A DNA stretch of 55,357 bases, the filler included, from Bipalium vagum (Eukaryota): NCBI GenBank assembly GCA_037834085.1. It is 3 parts of 3 records of this genome, joined end to end, with 100 filler letters (N's around TTAATTAATTAA, not from the genome) between each part and the next. Parts side by side here need not be neighbours in the genome. Positions count along the whole stretch, not along the records: positions 1 to 15,727 come from JBBMKC010149508.1; positions 15,828 to 37,951 come from JBBMKC010226658.1; 1 more part is not named here. One strand, 5' to 3'. Position 1 is the stretch's first letter, and the number at the start of each line of letters is the position of its first letter. Shown in pieces: positions 11,516 to 22,392 of the stretch. The notes beneath the pieces are model-generated. The model worked only from the letters and a program-made list of their open reading frames with translations, had not been told where the DNA came from and searched no databases. The translations under genes and the position numbers were made by a program.

Positions 11516-12609
11516 ATTTATTATTATTACTTATTAATAGCAGATTTTGCTCTGTGGCAAAAGTGGATGAGTTTCATTAGGGATTTTATTGAAAATTACG
11601 AGCAGAAAAACGTCCAATAAAAACGGAAAATTTTAGGCAAAAAATGCGTACCTTGATCCATAGTTTTGACAAAAAAATTTTCACATTAATTATTTTCCAC
11701 ATTGAAAAAAGTCCATTATTATGACAGGTTTATTTAATTTATTTAAAGATTTTTGAAATTTATCATTAATAAAAATTTATTCACAGTGCCTGTTTATTAT
11801 TATATTATTTAGTATGGTGGATATTTTTATAATTATTTATTTATAATTATAATTTATATAATATAATAATAATTTTATTTATTATTATACGTCTATAATA
11901 TTAATTATTATATGTTATGTCATTTATATATATTATATATTATCATTATATATGATTATTTATTATATATATTTATTTATATTATTTATTATTAATGCTT
12001 CTTATATATTTTATTAATTAATCAATATTTTATGTTAAATTATTTATTTGTATTTTTTGTTCGTTATTTAAAACACAAAAAATATCAAGAGGTTTAAGAT
12101 CTATAATATTAATTATTCAACAAGAAATTGGATTATACAAACAAATCAAATTATCACACCATGATATTATAAATCCATTATTTTTAAAAATTAATTGATT
12201 TAATATTTATTTAATATTTTTCAATTAAAATTTGTTTAAACAAAACTGGGCCTAGAATATTTGATTAAAACATGGAAAATCAGCTCTGTCTAGCCCTAAC
12301 AAAGATGAATATCGATTTGAATGAATTTTCAGGAAAAAAGAAGAAACAAAATTCACATTAATAAAGATTTTTAATTAGTTTAATGTTGTGTAGTTGAAAT
12401 ATTGGGGAATATAAATGTTCTGGCTCTTTTTATTTTTTATAAGGCTCCGAAGAAAATTGGTTTCAGTAAAGTATGTTTGTTTGAAAGTTATTTTATTATT
12501 TAAACTTCACAGAATTTAAATTATGATTTTAAAATTTAAAATTCTCATGGTTTGACAATGTTTTACGCAAACAGAATTTCAGTTAAGCAGGACGCATTTC
12601 CATGATATA

Positions 12610-13499
12610 CGAGGGTGGGTGGAGAAGTTCGGTGAATATTAAATTTGGCGGTGCCATATTAACCTTTGTATATAGTTTTTATTAAACTAATATTCAGTAA
12701 TTGAAATCCAAAATGACATTAAAATAGGGAATTGTGTTGCTTAAGTAATATATGAATTGAAAGTGTCATATCTAAACAGTTTTAGAAAAATGGAGAAAGA
12801 AGAAATACGAATAAAATACGATATAAAATAAAGGATTAAGTCCAATGGCAATCAAGATCCACCTTGATGAAACATTAAATGAATATTCACCAGCATTAAA
12901 AACTGTTTACAAGAAGGTTGCCGAATTTAATGGGGGTAGTGTGAACATTAAATATGCACGTCGATCTGGTAGACCAGAACAGCAGCCTCCGAGGAAATGG
13001 TTAAAATATCCAAGAAAGAGTGTTGACAGACCGTAGATTAAAATTGATTCAGATTGCTGAAGCTACGGGCATTTCAACCACATCTTGCATGAAGAATTGG
13101 GAATATATTGAGCATATTCGTGAGAAACATCCAGGTCTGTTGAGAAAAAACCTTTTTCCACGACGATAATACACATGCCCACATAATTAAAGTTTCACTG
13201 GAAAAAATTAAAAAGTGCACTTTGGATTAGTTGGCCTCGTCAGATTTTTCTGTTCAGAAACCTGAAAAAGTTTCTAGCTGGACAAAGATTTTCGTCAAAT
13301 AACAAAATACCTCTGTGGCTGGCTATTTTGCAGACTTCGACAAGTTGGCCTACAACATTGGCATCAAAGTTTTTGAGAAATGTTTAATAGAGTGCATTCA
13401 GCTTGTAGGAGACGGAGACTATATTGATAAAAAAGTTTTTTACCTTTTGATTTTATTGTTTTCATATTGATTCACCGAACTTTTCAACCCACCCTCCTG
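12610..13499 (+). mobile_element. Internally deleted mariner (irritans-like) with both TIRs
   Basis: TIRs TA-CGAGGGTGGGTGGAGAAGTTCGGTGAAT (12608-12637) and ATTCACCGAACTTTTCAACCCACCCTCCTG-TA (13470-13501). Peptide MEKEEIR..GLSPMAIKIHLDETLNEYSPALKTVYKKVAEF..ARRSGRP, FHDDN, LKKFLAGQRF. Confidence 0.9.
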
Positions 13500-14161
13500 T
13501 ATATTCTCCCTCTTCTTATTCATCTCTTTTCATAACTGTTTTAATGTTTTTCTTAATTGAATATTCGATTTCTCGTTGAAGGAATATTAAGAAGAACTTT
13601 AAAATCAGACAAAAATGACAATTCCTCATTCGAGAATTATAAAATGTTCGTACGACTTTTAAGAAAATATATTCCATTTTTATAAATTGCGTTATTAATA
13701 TTACGAATTTGTCCATTAATAATTGAAACGAAACTGTAACTGAGATTGTCAAAAGCTGCAGAAATCTGTCATAAGAAAAAAGTATTTTTTTTCATTTTTT
13801 GAAAGAATTTCTTTTATCAAAGCTAAATTAAAGAAACATAATAAAAATTATTATTATTATTATTATTATTATTCTTACTTATTATTATTAATTAATTAAT
13901 TAATTAAGAAATTAAATATTTTCAGAAATTAAAAAACAGTTTCGAAGATTCTCTGACAATGTCTGTACCGAAAGACGGAGCAGGCGAGATTCACAAAAGG
14001 TTATGATGAATAAAAAAAATGCTCTGAAGGTGCCAAGCATCAGCATAGATACTGTTACAATAATGAAAAAGCGAAAGTTAGTTAAAGTTTCTCAAATCTT
14101 GAGTTTATTCACGACGTATAATATTATGATATTATGATTGGGGTTTACTTTAAAATATGTA

Positions 14162-15060
14162 CACTACCGATCAAAAGTATTAGACAGGTACTCGCATTCT
14201 AAATATAACATAAGTGGAACACTTTGTTTATGACAAATATCTTTCGGTTAATTTATTTTTTAAAATTTAACAATCCTTTTCATATTTATTTAGACTAAGA
14301 AAAAAAAATATTGATTTTATATTTACATTCATCAAAGCAATCTCTGTGAGTTTTAGTAACATGTACATAAATCATCGGCATACAGTTGAGCAATTTCCGT
14401 AGAATTTCTGGTGTTATTGCAGGCAATCACACTTGTAGTGTTTCTCAAAGACCCTTTGCCGAAGATGGCTGTTGTTGTCAAATTTTTCTGTCCAATTCAT
14501 CTTACAGTAATTCAATACCGATAAAATTTGGCGATTGATGAGGGCATCCCATTACTTGGGGGATATTTTGCTGTTCTAACTCTTTCAAGAAGGCTTTGCA
14601 TATCTTGCTTGTATGTTTGGGATCATTGCCTTGCATAATATATATTCACTTGAAATAATCGTCTTCCAGATGGCCTAACCATCTTTTTCTAAATATCTTT
14701 GTAAACTTCTTTTGTCGTGGTTCCTTCTATTTTTTTGGCTATCTTTTTCTACTTTTTCTACTTTTTTTTTCCCGAACATTAACAGAATCACCTCCAGGCT
14801 TCACTGTAGACACCAAACTATTATATTAATACCTTTCTCCAGCAATCAAGAACACTCTGCGCAAACCGCAAATCTGGAAGTTTGATTAATTTGCCTATAG
14901 GATCTTATTCCATTATTGAAATGTTTGATGGCCCATCCCAGTCTTCTTGCTTTATTAACTTTTCTTAATAAAGATTATTTTTCAGCTACTCAATCGTGCA
15001 AACCAAAACTGTTCAGCTGGCGCTTTATGGTAGATACGCTGACATTCACTTTCTGAAATT
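14162..15060 (-). mobile_element. Tc1-like (DD34E) transposon, 3' part
   Basis: TIR TA-CACTACCGATCAAAAGT at 14160-14178. Minus strand MQGNDPKHTSKICKAFL..CPHQSPNFIGIELL*DELDRK matches QDNDPKH / WPSQSPDLNPIE. Confidence 0.85.
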
Positions 15061-15655
15061 CATCTATTCATCTAAAATTATTTCAGTCTTTAAATAAATC
15101 AATATTAATAAATCAATTAAATAAAAATATACGAAACTACCGACAACACAAATTAGTTTGTGGGTGTGTTTACGAAAAACGATTTTACACCAATGGAAAT
15201 TTATTATTACGTTGAAAATAATAAATATCTTCAAAAGCCCACTGGGCTAGCCTAATGAGCCCAATAAGGTTTTAAATAATTTAAAAATTGAGAAATGATG
15301 ATTTCAATGTAACACGAAAGAAGAACTTGAATGATATCTTTCAATATGTTGTTAAGATCTTTTTCGTAGGTGATTATTAATTACAAATCTGTTTTATCAC
15401 CCATAATTTGCCGACTCCGTCCATTATAACAATTGATGTAATGAAATGGTCCCATTACCAACCCACACTGATGTGATATTATGATAGATCTTGTTACACC
15501 ATTGGTAGCCAGTTACAATGTATCAATAACTGTTCAGTTGTCATTATTAATTTAATTAGTAAATAATATTTTGTTTTAATAAATCAAAGTTTGTTTTAAA
15601 AACCAATTTGAACAACGAATTTTTGGTTAAGTGGTTTCTGATGCAACAAGTTGAC

Positions 15656-15727
<72 letters not shown>
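15656..15727. repeat. (AAT)n microsatellite running into an assembly gap
   Basis: Perfect tract truncated by Ns. Confidence 0.97.
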
Positions 15728-15827
15728 NNNNNNNNNNNNNNNNNNNNNNNNNNNNNNNNNNNNNNNNNNNNTTAATTAATTAANNNNNNNNNNNNNNNNN
15801 NNNNNNNNNNNNNNNNNNNNNNNNNNN
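15728..15827. other. Artificial 100-nt scaffold spacer N44-TTAATTAATTAA-N44
   Basis: 44 N + a 12-mer with stops in all six frames + 44 N. An identical structure occurs at 37952-38051. Confidence 0.95.
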
Positions 15828-15902
15828 TTGCGTAGGAAACAAAATGTTCAATGTAGACAGGCGTTCATTTAGGGGAGGTGTTCAATGTAGCAGGTTTCAC
15901 TG
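15828..15902. mobile_element. pogo-like terminal end
   Basis: Repeated TGTTCAATGTAG subterminal motif ending GGTTTCACTG-TA. Confidence 0.55.
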
Positions 15903-17189
15903 TAATACTTTTTTTAAAATAACTGTGGTTATTTTATTAAAATCATTAAAAAAAAATTATTATATAAAAGTAATTAAATTAAGTTAATTAAAATTAACTG
16001 ATTATAGTAAATGAATAAAATATGATTTGTTTCAATTTTTATTTTGAATAGGTACTTACATTACTTCCAGTTCACATCCTTGTTATTTTTTTATCTTAGA
16101 ACTATTCCATTTTTCTGATTTAAGAATTATTTAATATTTATCTTAACCTTTTAAGAAACTCGTAATTTAAACTGAATGACTTTATTTTAGTACTTATTTA
16201 AAATATATTCTTTTTATCAATTAAACTTATTATTATTTTAGTAACTCTCTACATGAGTATTAAAATAATAAACTATTACAATAAAATAATGTTAATTTTA
16301 TTAAAAATTAATGTGAATAATAATAAAAAGTTTGTAAAATATTATTAAGTTTAAAGGTTTGTTTATTTAATCTCTCTTTATGCAATTTTCGAAAATTTTA
16401 TTTTTTTTTAAAGTTAATAATTTCATAAAAATTGCATAAAAAATATTATTATTTTAAATTAAATGTTATTCGTATATATTGAAATTATCTGAAAGACTAT
16501 GATTTTGATGCCTTTGTTGAAAATTTTGATGAATTTTATCCGTTTGGTCACCGAAAGTTATATAGTAATGATTTTATTTAGTGCATTCGTTACTTTTCTT
16601 AAATTCATATATTCGAATACTAATATGCATATAATTATGAAATTAATTTGAATTTTACTTGTTTATACTAATGTCTAATTGTTTTAGATATGATATAGCG
16701 CTTCCAAGCATAAAATATGTCGGTTAAAATTAAATCAAAATTAACTTGGTTGTTTTAATAGTATTTTAATTTAATTTTTCTAGCTTGGTTTTAATTTTTA
16801 TTTAGGTCAAAAGAATGCATGATTTTGTTGGGCGCGCCAAGGACCTTAAATATCATTTATTAATCTTGGTTATCGTGGGTTTAAAATTCAAGTTGAAATA
16901 ATATAAGTGTTAGTTCAATGTCAAAAAAATTTACTGATTCAAATGATTATTTAGGATTGTTGTAACATTCCAAAAAAATCCCAATCATTTCATCAATTTT
17001 TTATGTGAATTATTATATAAATTGGCTATACTCTTTTATTCGACACATAAAATTTTTAAATATAATATGATACTAAAATTAATTTGATTGATTTACTTTG
17101 CTTCCAAAATATTCTGGGTGATTATATCTTCATTTATATTGCAATATTAGAAGAAAATAATATTAATATTCAACTTCATGTATTGATGT

Positions 17190-17625
17190 CTGTTTGTTTG
17201 GATCTACCAACCTCAAATATACGATAAACTTTTACTAAGCTCATGTTATCCTTTTAAAAATTAATTCTTTAACCATTAAAACTTAGTTTATCTTCTGAAC
17301 TCTTCGTCCTTCCTAAATCTTGCAGCATTTCGGGCTCTTGGTAAATTTAAAGGTCAATTTTATTATGTTATTCTAAGTGTATTATTCTATTTTGGTGGGC
17401 GAAAGTGGATATGAACCATATCCAGGAGCATTGAAACCTCTGTCGTAATTTTCAAACCCTCAAAAGTTCTTGCAAAGAAAATCAAGTCAGCTGCGTATGC
17501 CAGTGCAGTAACAGGGAACCCAAAGATTTGATAAGGACTTGAAAGCCTCTCGCATTTTCTGAGAATAAAATCAATATTCAAACAGAAAAGGGTTTTAGAG
17601 AGGGGACATCCTTGTTTCTTCAGCT
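17190..17625 (-). mobile_element. Non-LTR reverse transcriptase pseudogene fragment (R2/NeSL-like)
   Basis: Minus strand QGCPLS..LF.LNIDFIL...VTALAYAADLIFFA corresponds to RT motifs QG.PLSP.LF and LAYADDL. Confidence 0.75.
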
Positions 17626-18059
17626 CCTGGGCTGATAGATTCTATTATTTTCTAATATCCCACCTATCACTGATTAGAGTTCCATCTTAACTCTATTCAA
17701 ATTCGGTGCCGTAAATGCCCGATCCTGTAAACAATAGTCAAAGGTATAATTGTAAACAAAATGCCCACAATTATTGTCATTATGGTATTTTTCCCCGTTG
17801 AACAGCATAGCAAAATCATCATCATTAATGGTAGTAAAACAAGTGAGCTTATCCTGCATTATCCAGTGCTCCATGTGTAGTTCTCTAGATGTTCATTCCA
17901 GTTTTGATTTTTTACAAATGATTGACTCTGAGGTTGCGGCTGTTATTTTTGTAATCTATACTGAACACATGCTGTTTGGTGCTTTTATCGTACTGTGTAT
18001 TTTATTTGTTCTGAATCAGGATTTTATATTTAGCTATTAAAAATGTTAAATTTCAAAGA

Positions 18060-19010
18060 AAGGTAGTGTGTAATCAAATTTATGGAACACTAGGTGAGAA
18101 TTATATCGTATTATCCATATGATGGATTGATAAGGAGGATATTATTTTTCAGTTCAAAGGTGAAGCTTATGATTTGGTAATAGGAAATGTAATCCCAATA
18201 AAAATTTAAGAAGACGTTTTTTGTATTTTAGTATTAAGTGAAATTCTTTTAACGAAAACTGCGTGTTTTGCTGCGATGGGGATTAAAAAGGGTATATTCG
18301 TTTTAAACCAAGTATTGAACTGAAATGGCTACGCTGGAATTGTAGAATACTTAGTGGAAATATTGGGTGAGAAATTTTTGGTTGGTGACTGCTGATGTTA
18401 AAATGAAACAGTTGTATACCAAGATGAGAATATACAAGTTTCAGTTTGTATCAAAAGAACCCTTAACGGATTCAATAAACGTTATCAGACCTAATTCAAT
18501 CAAGTAATATGAACTGATTGTGATCACCAGTCCACATATGAAGAAATGAAGATAAATTATTTAAAAATAGTTTGAAAACTATGTATGTGCTAGCAGAAGA
18601 CGATTAAAATTTTTATACAATATTTTGGAAAAGGGAACTATCGAGGCGAGTTCTTTACCCTGGTATATCTTGCCGTAATGGTGAAAGAGGAAGGTTGATC
18701 AATAATGTTGAACATGCCCAAAAGCATTCAAGGAATTTACGGTCAAGGGTACTGCAAGAAAGTCATTTGGTGGTTGAGAATAATACAATTCAGCCCATAT
18801 GTTTGGAGCCAATGTTGTAATTGTATATGAAAAAATATTCATAGCAAGGTTGATGAAGAAGAGGAATAAGCCAATAGCACTGCAGTTCCAGAGATAGGTG
18901 ACCTATCTTAGCGATTTGGATATTGAGTTGATTTATAGTCCAGGTGATAAATATACAAACTCAGATATGCTATCAAGAATTAAATGTAAAATGTGCAGCA
19001 GAAAAATTAA
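18060..19010 (+). mobile_element. Ty3/Gypsy pol remnant (RT/RNase H)
   Basis: IEASSLPW..AVMVK (about 18640, cf. IEPSxSPWxSPVVLVKK), GYCKKVI, and DIELIYSPGDKYTNSDMLSR (18919-18978, cf. FEIxHRPGKxHxNADALSR). Confidence 0.7.
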
Positions 19011-19173
19011 AAAATACAAGGCAGACAAAAAAGATTCGAAGAATAGAAAGATGCAAGTGGCAAGTAGGGGTAGTTGAAAAGTTGATCTTGATTGTCTGTG
19101 TTAAATGCTTTCTCTGACATGATCCATTTCAGAAATCTAAAACCCGATTCAAATTAGAATCGTGCTTTATATA

Positions 19174-20393
19174 CAGGGTAGCGCACCAAAACATAATAAG
19201 AAATTTTACTTGCTTAAGTGCATCAAATTATCAAAATTTGACGAGGTATGATCAAATTTATTTTTAATTATATTTTATTTTATATATCTATCTTTTATAT
19301 TAAAGATATTATGGCGTTATAATTAGATAAACTAGTTAAGCTCGTATTGATGTGTGATCGCGATGGTGCTACAAATAGATCATTGGCTGAGAGATTTAAT
19401 CAGACCCACCATGATCAAAAGTATGTCTCTCACACAACAGTTTTGTGAGTACTGACTAAATTTAAATTCTTAGATATGCCAAAGAGAAGATGGCCCCGAA
19501 TTCTTAAAGAAACGTGAATGCTTGTCATTCAAAAAATTCAGAAAAGCCCAATGAAATCCGTGCGGTGATCTTCATTGGAGCTTGCCCTTCCAAGAAGCTC
19601 GATGCGCAGATTACCAAATCTGAAAGTTTCCATGCATGTAAACTTCAGTATTTGTTCAAGCCATAGGATGATGACCCTGATCGACGGCTGGAGATGGTTA
19701 GTTGATCAATTAAATAGGAACCCCAAATTTCTAGAAGACCATGTGTTGCTTAGTGGTGAAGCTAATTTCTTTGTGAACAGTGAAGTCAACAAGCAAAACT
19801 ATCGCTATTATTCAGTGTAAAATCCACATTGGACAGATGCTGGTAAGAAAGACTCAAGTTCAAAATTGATGGTATGGTGCGGACTATGGAGAGATCGTGT
19901 CTTTTGAAGTTTTTTTTCTGTGAGACGTTGACCGGTGGCGTATACCTAAGCATGCTTCAAAACGATTTGATGCCGCCATTATGATTCATACAGGATGGTG
20001 CTTCAACGTATTATGCGACAATCGTACCTAATTGGCTAAATGAAAATTTTGAAAATTGGATTGGACGAAGAGGCAGAGTGAAATGGGTCAGATATTATTC
20101 CAATGGACTTTTACTTTTGAAGCCACATGAGAAAAATGTTGTGTATTGCCATCTGCTCATCTGCGTCAGCGGATAATTGAAGCTTGTAACCATATTGACG
20201 TAAACAATGACTTCCTCGGCCGGATCTATAAAAGCTTGGAAAGCAAACTATATTTATGTTTCAATACTAATTGTTAGCATTTTGAACATTTATAAATAAA
20301 TGTATGTTTATATTTTATAAATATAACATATTTTTTCTTATTAATTTATCAAACGAAATTTTTGTTTTATTGTGCTACTTTTTACCCACCCTG
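19174..20393 (+). mobile_element. Near-full-length decayed rosa/DD41D Tc1-mariner element
   Basis: TA-CAGGGT... and ...CACCCTG-TA ends. Peptide DDPDRRLE, LSGEANFFVNSEVNKQNYRYYS.NPHW, KLMVWCGL, FIQDGASTYYA, WIGRRG, PMDFYF is characteristic of DD41D transposases. Multiple stops and frameshifts. Confidence 0.88.
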
Positions 20394-20816
20394 TATATCA
20401 ACCGAGTCTATAAAATGGCTAATTTTACATGTTAATTATTTAAATTGACCTGAATAACCGTAGTAAAGGTTTGTTATGATTGATAAAATTAAGAAATTGG
20501 TAATTTTTTATATTAAGTGAAAAGTATAATAGTTAATATAGATAATTTAAAACAATGGTTGTTCGTTTTTCTATGGAATATAAAATTCAAATTGTTCTGT
20601 AGAATACAAAATTTGAAACTTTTCAGGAAATGGTAAAGAATTGGAAACAAGTTCCTCAATTATTATCTATCGAATATTTCTGCATATTTTAATATTATTA
20701 ATAAAACTTTCCTTATAAATTTCTATTCAATTTTTTCTGTTATACACAATTTTTGATAATTATGTCACAAGTCTACTACATAAGCCCCTTTTAAATATAC
20801 ATTATTAAATCACAAA

Positions 20817-21557
20817 ATGTCTAAATATCAAAAGTTAATGACAGAAGAAAACTTATCACAGTCGAGTGTTGAGATTAACGAAATCTGTGAAATATGTGAA
20901 ACAATTAACAAGGACTTTTGTCTTTTAAAATTAGTTTGTGGTCATGTGTTTCATTATGATTGTTTAATAATTAATAACTTAAATAAAAGTTCATACTGTG
21001 AAATGTGCAAGGTTCATTACAATGAGTTCTTTTATTCGTCATTGAAGGATATTAAGACAAGAGTCTTAGTAAAGAATCACATTGATGATTTTCGAATAGG
21101 TCAGACTCATTTTATGGACTCAACAATTCAAGGGTATTCGTATCTTATATGTAGATACAATCCAAATCAATATGAAAACGAAATGTTTCTGAAAATAAAA
21201 ATCAAAAAAACATCTCATGCATGGTTTTGTTATAAAAATAATGATAGTTCTGTCGAAGAAATAGATAGTAAAATGTATGATGACGTTATGAATGAGCCAA
21301 AATCATTTTATAATGTTTATAAATATTCTTTTAGACCAAGTGTCGACACTGAAAATATTCTGAAGTTAAAGGTTCAGATTATTGAATCTTCAAGCACTGT
21401 TGTCATATTTTTATGTCAAATTTTGCTTAAAGATGGATTAAAAGAAAAACATTTTCCGGGAACCTTAGATCTGAAATCTATTGCAAAATTCTTACCCATA
21501 CGAAATCCGTTGGTCTTGAGACCATTGTTTTCAATTAAAAATAAATTATCTAAATAA
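20817..21557 (+). CDS. Intronless RING-H2 zinc-finger protein (putative E3 ligase), 246 aa, C-terminal domain unassigned
   Basis: Uninterrupted 741-bp ATG-TAA ORF in very AT-rich DNA. CEIC-x13-CGHVFHYDC-x11-CEMC is a C3H2C3 RING-H2. Confidence 0.8.
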   Translation: MSKYQKLMTEENLSQSSVEINEICEICETINKDFCLLKLVCGHVFHYDCLIINNLNKSSYCEMCKVHYNEFFYSSLKDIKTRVLVKNHIDDFRIGQTHFMDSTIQGYSYLICRYNPNQYENEMFLKIKIKKTSHAWFCYKNNDSSVEEIDSKMYDDVMNEPKSFYNVYKYSFRPSVDTENILKLKVQIIESSSTVVIFLCQILLKDGLKEKHFPGTLDLKSIAKFLPIRNPLVLRPLFSIKNKLSK

Positions 21558-21989
21558 TTATTATAATTATTATTTGTAAGAATATATTGATTCTTATGGG
21601 CAAACGTCAGAATTCTTTTTTTATTAAGACTTACTGAACATTTTTAAATAAGATTTTTTCATATCTTTTTATATTTTGAATTCTTATATATTATATTTTA
21701 ATTTAATTACCATTCTTTATTGGCCATCCATTAATAAATTTTCAAATCTACAAATATAATGATTTAAAATAAACTATGTATAAATATGAGTAAATATGGT
21801 TAAGAAAATCGATATTGGGACTTTAGGCAACTTAACAAAAATTATTATGATCAGAAGAATTTACGGATGAGCGTTCAAAGAAAAATGGATTTTGAATTGA
21901 TGTACGAGTATTTGAACATGGTGATTTCATTTTATTGTAAGATTTATTAGTGCCGTAGATATCTTTGGGATCAGTCATTCCCCAATTTA

Positions 21990-22310
21990 ACCAATATTCC
22001 TTTTTATCAAATACGATAGGAGAAGGTAGGATTTGTCCTCCATCTTCTGGGGTTTACCTTTATTGGTCGTGAAAGTACTCTTGTGATGATGTTTCATTTT
22101 TGATGAGATGTTCACAGGTTTATATCGATACATTTGTTGTCGTTTTAGTATCTCTATGTCTTTGCGATGCCTTATATGCAGTTCTCTGTGTACAATGGGA
22201 GGGTAGATAGACAATATTAGCTTCCAAGAATAGCCATAACATGATGTAGACTTCTTCCTGACATAAAACTGCTTCCGATTCCTCTGATTATTTGCCACAA
22301 AAATTATGGC
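21990..22310 (-). mobile_element. Non-LTR retrotransposon C-terminal remnant (R4/Dong-like) abutting a TAA tract
   Basis: SLHHV..., IVHRELHIRH...MYRYKPVNI resembles the IVHxELC...YxYKPExV region between the CCHC finger and the REL endonuclease. Confidence 0.4.
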
Positions 22311-22312
22311 AA

Positions 22313-22391
<79 letters not shown>
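22313..22391. repeat. (ATT)n microsatellite
   Basis: Perfect tract of about 26 units. Confidence 0.97.

Positions 22392-22392
<1 letters not shown>

Noticed and set aside
15360-15530. Possible Gypsy integrase scrap (minus strand, WLPM...GPF)
   Set aside because: Too short and degenerate to support.
15772-15783. TTAATTAATTAA as a biological motif (piggyBac target or homeodomain site)
   Set aside because: It is centred between exactly 44 Ns on each side, twice, so it is an assembly linker.
20780-20784. Baculovirus late-promoter ATAAG upstream of the RING ORF
   Set aside because: A 5-mer expected often by chance in such AT-rich DNA; no viral core genes are adjacent.
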